From Macrostomum lignano (taxonomy: Eukaryota): 64,000 nucleotides of DNA. How positions within the stretch are numbered: the stretch's first letter is position 1; each line of letters opens with the position of its first letter. Shown one piece after another: positions 59,001 to 64,000 of the stretch. The notes under the pieces were generated by a model. It was not told the DNA's origin, did no database searches, and worked only from the letters and a program-made list of their open reading frames with translations. The position numbers were made by a program, and so were the translations under genes. The stretch spans positions 62,001 to 126,000 of the forward strand of contig NIVC01002070.1 in NCBI GenBank assembly GCA_002269645.1. Reading direction: 5' to 3'.

Positions 59001-62000
59001 GGCGGAAGCGTTGCTTCGTTTTTTTCAAATGAGGTGTGTAGTTTTTGCAATGCATTCGTTGTTTTTGTTTGTTGCTTGTTAATAGGGCAGATTAGAGACG
59101 TTGATAGATTTTTTGTAGCTATGGGCTCGTATTTTTTGCTTTTCCAGGTTGATTTAATCATCGCTGACGATTCCGCTGTCTCCATTGAAGCTAAACAATC
59201 TTTTTCGGAGTTTTCTAGGGGTTTCACCATGCAGCAGAGAGCCGTTACGCAAACTTCGAGTTCGCAATGCAGAATTGTCAAAACATTCGAAGATATTTTG
59301 ACGAAAGCTCGCTTGCTGCAAATACCTGTCTACACTCCGGCAATATTTCGAGATCGAATTCGCGATCAAGTTTCTCAACACGAGCTGTGCCAGAAAACTA
59401 TTTCTTCAGGGAGGTTTGCCGAAGAAGATCGGAATTTGACCCCACCGGCCGTTGTTGTTACGGATGCCCAGCATTTGCTGAGACCAATCTTCAAAGATAA
59501 CATTGATGTCGTCGACATTTTTGCAAACCCAAGGGCTAATAATAACGATGAAAAAAATCGTCAAAAGCCTGACGGCAAAGAAAAACGGAAAGGTCGGTGT
59601 GAAAACTGTCGCGAAGCCTACGACGACTTTAATCAGCACATAACATTAAGCCAAAAGCACCAAGATTTCGTTTCGAATAAAAAATTTTTTACTGAAATCG
59701 ACCAAATCATTTCAACTCTTCCGACGCTAGACAGCGCCCTAAATGAAGCGACTCAAAAGGCTACCGCTCCTATGACACATCATGACACGAAAAAACCGGA
59801 TTCGAAAGCACTACCTAACATATTTCAGCAAAATGACGGTGATAGACGGCAAGCCGCATCGCTTGGCGAAAATCGTCAGTCTGCTCGCAAATACGTCGAC
59901 ACCGAGTCCAAAAAAGTGAGTTTCGTTTAATGATCTCAAAATAGCTAGCTGCATGCAACTCAATTGCTGTAGAGAAGTTCTTAAAAGGTGGTCCACCTAA
60001 CCTACAGACACAACTGAAGCAGCTCTCTCAGTCTGTTTGGGGCTTTGACTTTTATAAGGTGGTCCACCTAACCTACAGACACAACTGAAGCAGCTCTCTC
60101 AGTCTGTTTGGGGCTTTGACTCTTAAAAGGTGGTCCACCTAACCTACAGGCACAACTAAAGCAGCTCTCTCAGTCTGTTTGAGGGTCACACGGATACACG
60201 GCAGCGGTTTTGAATTTAAGCTTCCGACTTTGACTTGTCTTTTTATTCTCTAATTTCCTAGGAGCCTGAGGTCGAATTTCGTTCACGCCAAATCGAACGC
60301 ACTGGTGCCTCAAAAAGAGGGCGGAAATCGCGAAGCCGTTCGCGCTCTGCATCACGCCTTGATGAAGGCGCTCAGTCGCACAACGCTACCGCGGATGCAG
60401 GCGCTACTCCAGCCTCGAAGAAGGCCGCATCGCCTGGTGAAAATCGTCGGTCTACTGGCAAATCCGTCGACACCGAGTCCAGAAAAGTGAGTTTCGCTTG
60501 ATGATCTCAAAGTAGCTAGCTGCAACTCAATTGCTGTAGAGAAGCTGGTCCACCTAACCTACAGACACAACTGAAGCAGCTCTCTCAGTCTGTTTGGGGC
60601 TTTGACTCTTGGAAGGTGGTCCACCTAACCTACAGACACAACTGAAGCAGCTCTCTCAGTCTGTTTGGGGCTTTAACTCTTAAAAGGTGGTCAACCTAAC
60701 CTACAGACACAACTGAAGCAGCTCTCTCAGTCTGTTTGGGGCTTTGACTTTTATAAGGTGGTCCACCTAACCTACAGACACAACTGAAGCAGCTCTCTCA
60801 GTCTGTTTGGGGCTTTGACTTTTATAAGGTGGTCCACCTAACCTACAGACACAACTGAAGCAGCTCTCTCAGTCTGTTTGGGGCTTTGACTTTTATAAGG
60901 TGTCCACCTAACCTACAGACACAACTGAAGCAGCTCTCTCAGTCTGTTTGGGGCTTTGACTCTTGGAAGGTGGTCCACCTAACCTACAGACACAACTGAA
61001 GCAGCTCTCTCAGTCTGTTTGGGGCCTTGGCTGTCAGAGCTGTCTTGAAAGTTTAGTGCGGGAATGTTTCCGTTTCTTGGAATGCAATCAGAACAGATTC
61101 TTAGAAAGCGAGCTGGTCCACCATGAGATCAGAATGTCTGCACTGTGTAAATGAATGGTCTCTAGGCATTCCGACTCAGATTATCGCCTAGTAGTGCTGT
61201 AGAGAAGGTGGTCCACCTAACCTACAGACACAACTGAAGCAGCTCTCTCAGTCTGTTTGAGGGTCACACGGATACACGGCAGCGGTTTTGAATTTAAGCT
61301 TCCGACTTTGACTTGTCTTTTTATTCTCTAACTTCCTAGGAGCCTGAGGTCGAATTTCGTTCCCGCCAAATCGAACGCACTGGTGCCTCAAAAAGAGGGC
61401 GGAAATCGCGAAGCCGTTCGCGCTCTGCATCACGCCTTGATGAAGGCGCTCAGTCGCACAACGCTACCGCGGATGCAGGCGCTACTCCAGCCTCGAAGAA
61501 GGCCGCATCGCCTGGTGAAAATCGTCGGTCAACTGGCAAATCCGTCGACACCGAGTCCAGAAAAGTGAGTTTCGCTTGATGATCTCAAAGTAGCTAGCTG
61601 CAACTCAATTGCTGTAGAGAAGCTGGTCCACCTAACCTACAGACATCAACTGAAGCAGCTCTCTCAGTCTGTTTGGGGCTTTGACTTTTATAAGGTGGTC
61701 CACCTAACCTACAGAAACAACTGAAGCAGCTCTCTCAGTCTGTTTGGGGCTTTGACTTTTATAAGGTGGTCTACCTAACCTACAGACACAACTGAAGCAG
61801 CTTTCTCAGTCTGTTTGGGGCTTTGACTTTTATAAGGTGGTCCACCTAACCTACAGACACAACTGAAGCAGCTTTCTCAGTCTGTTTGGGGCTTTGACTT
61901 TTATAAGGTGGTCCACCTAACCTACAGACACAACTGAAGCAGCTCTCTCAGTCTGTTTGAGGGTCACACGGATACACGGCAGCGGTTTTGAATTTAAGCT

Positions 62001-63344
62001 TCCGACTTTGACTTGTCTTTTTATTCTCTAACTTCCTAGGAGCCTGAGGTCGAATTTCGTTCCCGCCAAATCGAACGCACTGGTGCCTCAAAAAGAGGGC
62101 GGAAATCGCGAAGCCGTTCGCGCTCTGCATCACGCCTTGATGAAGGCGCTCAGTCGCACAACGCTACCGCGGATGCAGGCGCTACTCCAGCCTCGAAGAA
62201 GGCCGCATCGCCTGGTGAAAATCGTCGGTCTACTGGCAAATCCGTGGACACCGAGTCCAGAAAAGTGAGTTTCGCTTGATGATCTCAAAGTAGCTAGCTG
62301 CAACTCAATTGCTGTAGAGAAGCTGGTCCACCTAACCTACAGACACAACTGAAGCAGCTCTCTCAGTCTGTTTGGGGCTTTGACTTTTATAAGGTGGTCC
62401 ACCTAACCTACAGACACAACTGAAGCAGCTCTCTCAGTCTGTTTGGGGCTTTGACTTTTATAAGGTGGTCCACCTAACCTACAGACACAACTGAAGCAGC
62501 TCTCTCAGTCTGTTTGGGGCTTTGGCTCTCAGAGCTGTCTTGAAAGTTTAGTGCGGGAATGTTTCCGTTTCTTGGAATGCAATCAGAACAGATTCTTAGA
62601 AAGCGAGCTGGTCCACCATGAGATCAGAACGTCTGCACTGTGTAAATGAATGGTCTCAAGGCATTCCGACTCAGATTATCGCCTAGTAGTGCTGTAGAGA
62701 AGGTGGTCCACCTAACCTACAGACACAACTGAAGCAGCTCTCTCAGTCTGTTTGGGGCTTTGACTCTTAAAAGGTGGTCCACCTAACCTACAGACATCAA
62801 CTGAAGCAGCTCTCTCAGTCTGTTTGGGGCTTTGACTCTTAAAAGGTGGTCAACCTAACCTACAGACACAACTGAAGCAGCTCTCTCAGTCTGTTTGGGG
62901 CTTTGACTTTTATAAGGTGGTCCACCTAACCTACAGACACAACTGAAGCAGCTCTCTCAGTCTGTTTGGGGCTTTGACTTTTATAAGGTGGTCCACCTAA
63001 CCTACAGACACAACTGAAGCAGCTCTCTCAGTCTGTTTGAGGGTCACACGGATACACGGCAGCGGTTTTGAATTTAAGCTTCCGACTTTGACTTGTCTTT
63101 TTATTCTCTAACTTCCTAGGAGCCTGAGGTCGAATTTCGTTCCCGCCAAATCGAACGCACTGGTGCCTCAAAAAGAGGGCGGAAATCGCGAAGCCGTTCG
63201 CGCTCTGCATCACGCCTTGATGAAGGCGCTCAGTCGCACAACGCTACCGCGGATGCAGGCGCTACTCCAGCCTCGAAGAAGGCCGCATCGCCTGGTGAAA
63301 ATCGTCGGTCTACTGGCAAATCCGTCGACACCGAGTCCAGAAAA
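53056..63344 (+). CDS. Predicted repeat-exon/DBF4 chain, 3'-incomplete. Exons 53056-53214 (H1-tail-like); 53618-53833, 56224-56439, 57091-57306, 58161-58376 (72-aa module); 58887-59033, 59148-59915 (DBF4 core); 60262-60486, 61340-61564, 62040-62264, 63120-63344 (75-aa module)
   Basis: Every module exon has a polypyrimidine tract plus CCTAG|GAG acceptor and an AAA|GTGAGT donor, is a multiple of 3, is stop-free and is phase 0-0. The DBF4 exons are also phase 0 at their outer ends. That all exons form one transcript is inference. Confidence 0.6.
54335..56146 (+). mobile_element. Non-autonomous hAT transposon, 1812 bp, with a transposase dimerisation-domain remnant
   Basis: TIRs TAGGGATGTCGA / TCGACATCCCTA. 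8-bp TSD GTCACACG at 54327-54334 and 56147-56154. The empty site GAGGGTCACACGGATAC is present in sister units. Subterminal CCCCGGGG motifs. The peptide PPTSVAAEHAFS..SGLLLTK...R.DD resembles the hAT C-terminal motif. Confidence 0.92.
58887..59915 (+). CDS. DBF4: DBF4/ASK/Chiffon (CDC7 kinase activator) core; intron 59034-59147
   Basis: Motif N (LRGKRVFFLY..KKLESAVVYYGGSVASFFSNE|VDLII, SRG, DIL.KA), motif M (LTPPAVVVTDAQHLLRPIFK) and motif C zinc finger (KGRCENCREAYDDFNQHI..SQKHQDF) appear in the canonical order. Confidence 0.85.
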
Positions 63345-64000
63345 GTGAGTTTCGCTTGATGATCTCAAAGTAGCTAGCTGCAACTCAATTGCTGTAGAGA
63401 AGCTGGTCCACCTAACCTACAGACACAACTGAAGCAGCTCTCTCAGTCTGTTTGGGGCTTTGACTCTTAAAAGGTGGTCCACCTAACCTACAGACACAAC
63501 TGAAGCAGCTCTCTCAGTCTGTTTGGGGCTTTAACTCTTAAAAGGTGGTCAACCTAACCTACAGACACAACTAAAGCAGCTCTCTCAGTCTGTTTGGGGC
63601 TTTGGCTCTCAGAGCTGTCTTGAAAGTTTAGTGCGGGAATGTTTCCGTTTCTTGGAATGCAATCAGAACAGATTCTTAGAAAGCGAGCTGGTCCACCATG
63701 AGATCAGAACGTCTGCACTGTGTAAATGAATGGTCTCAAGGCATTCCGACTCAGATTATCGCCTAGTAGTGCTGTAGAGAAGGTGGTCCACCTAACCTAC
63801 AGACACAACTGAAGCAGCTCTCTCAGTCTGTTTGGGGCTTTGACTCTTGGAAGGTGGTCCACCTAACCTACAGACACAACTGAAGCAGCTCTCTCAGTCT
63901 GTTTGGGGCTTTGGCTCTCAGAGCTGTCTTGAAAGTTTAGTGCGGGAATGTTTCCGTTTCTTGGAATGCAATCAGAACAGATTCTTAGAAAGCGAGCTGG

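Larger units (their letters stand above)
53215..64000. repeat. Complex higher-order tandem array made of a 71-bp subunit in variable copy number, a spacer module of about 190 bp, and an exon-bearing module
   Basis: Subunit AAGGTGGTCCACCTAACCTACAGACACAACTGAAGCAGCTCTCTCAGTCTGTTTGGGGCTTTGACT.. (period 71 at 56507/56578). Module GCTCTCAGAGCTGTCTTGAAAG...GTAGTGCTGTAGAG recurs at about 53285, 54098, 56780, 57850, 61030, 62525, 63603 and 63912. Interrupted by a hAT element and the DBF4 core. Confidence 0.95.

Noticed and set aside
60170-63348. Repeated 61-aa track ORFs (MMQSANG.. and MPQKEGG..)
   Set aside because: Antisense and off-frame shadows of the module exon; the splice-supported frame is the EPEVEFR..TESRK frame.
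53215-64000. CRISPR-like appearance of the 71-bp hairpin repeat
   Set aside because: No unique spacers and no cas genes; eukaryotic context; the variation is only a few bases.

Overview
Eukaryotic (metazoan) genomic DNA with GT-AG spliceosomal introns. GC-rich exons are set in AT-rich or tandem-repeat-filled introns, a style that suggests a free-living flatworm such as Macrostomum lignano (inference only). Five gene models can be assembled by hand with consistent splice phases: (1) the 3' end of a SAPCD-like coiled-coil gene with an apparent 1-nt frameshift (+, 1-689); (2) malectin (-, 3 exons, 282 aa); (3) a complete PIWI-clade Argonaute with an intact DEDH tetrad (-, 5 exons, 911 aa); (4) an 11-exon class C GPCR of the mGluR type (+, about 1101 aa) that keeps the alpha-amino-acid binding residues but has lost both distal-carboxylate residues; (5) a DBF4 core embedded in a satellite-like array whose units each carry an intact, in-frame, phase-0 exon encoding a 72-75 aa basic Ser/Arg/Lys-rich module, preceded by a histone-H1-tail-like exon and running off the window end. 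Mobile elements include a 1.5 kb non-coding LTR element (apparently identical 288-bp LTRs, tRNA-Arg-type PBS, PPT, 5-bp TSD) about 100 bp upstream of the malectin ATG, four TIR elements with TSDs, and tRNA-derived SINEs. Nearly all long ORFs between 23.6 and 50 kb outside the GPCR exons are artefacts of stop-free tandem repeats. No CRISPR, rRNA or true tRNA genes were found. All coordinates were counted by hand; repeat boundaries and copy numbers are approximate.
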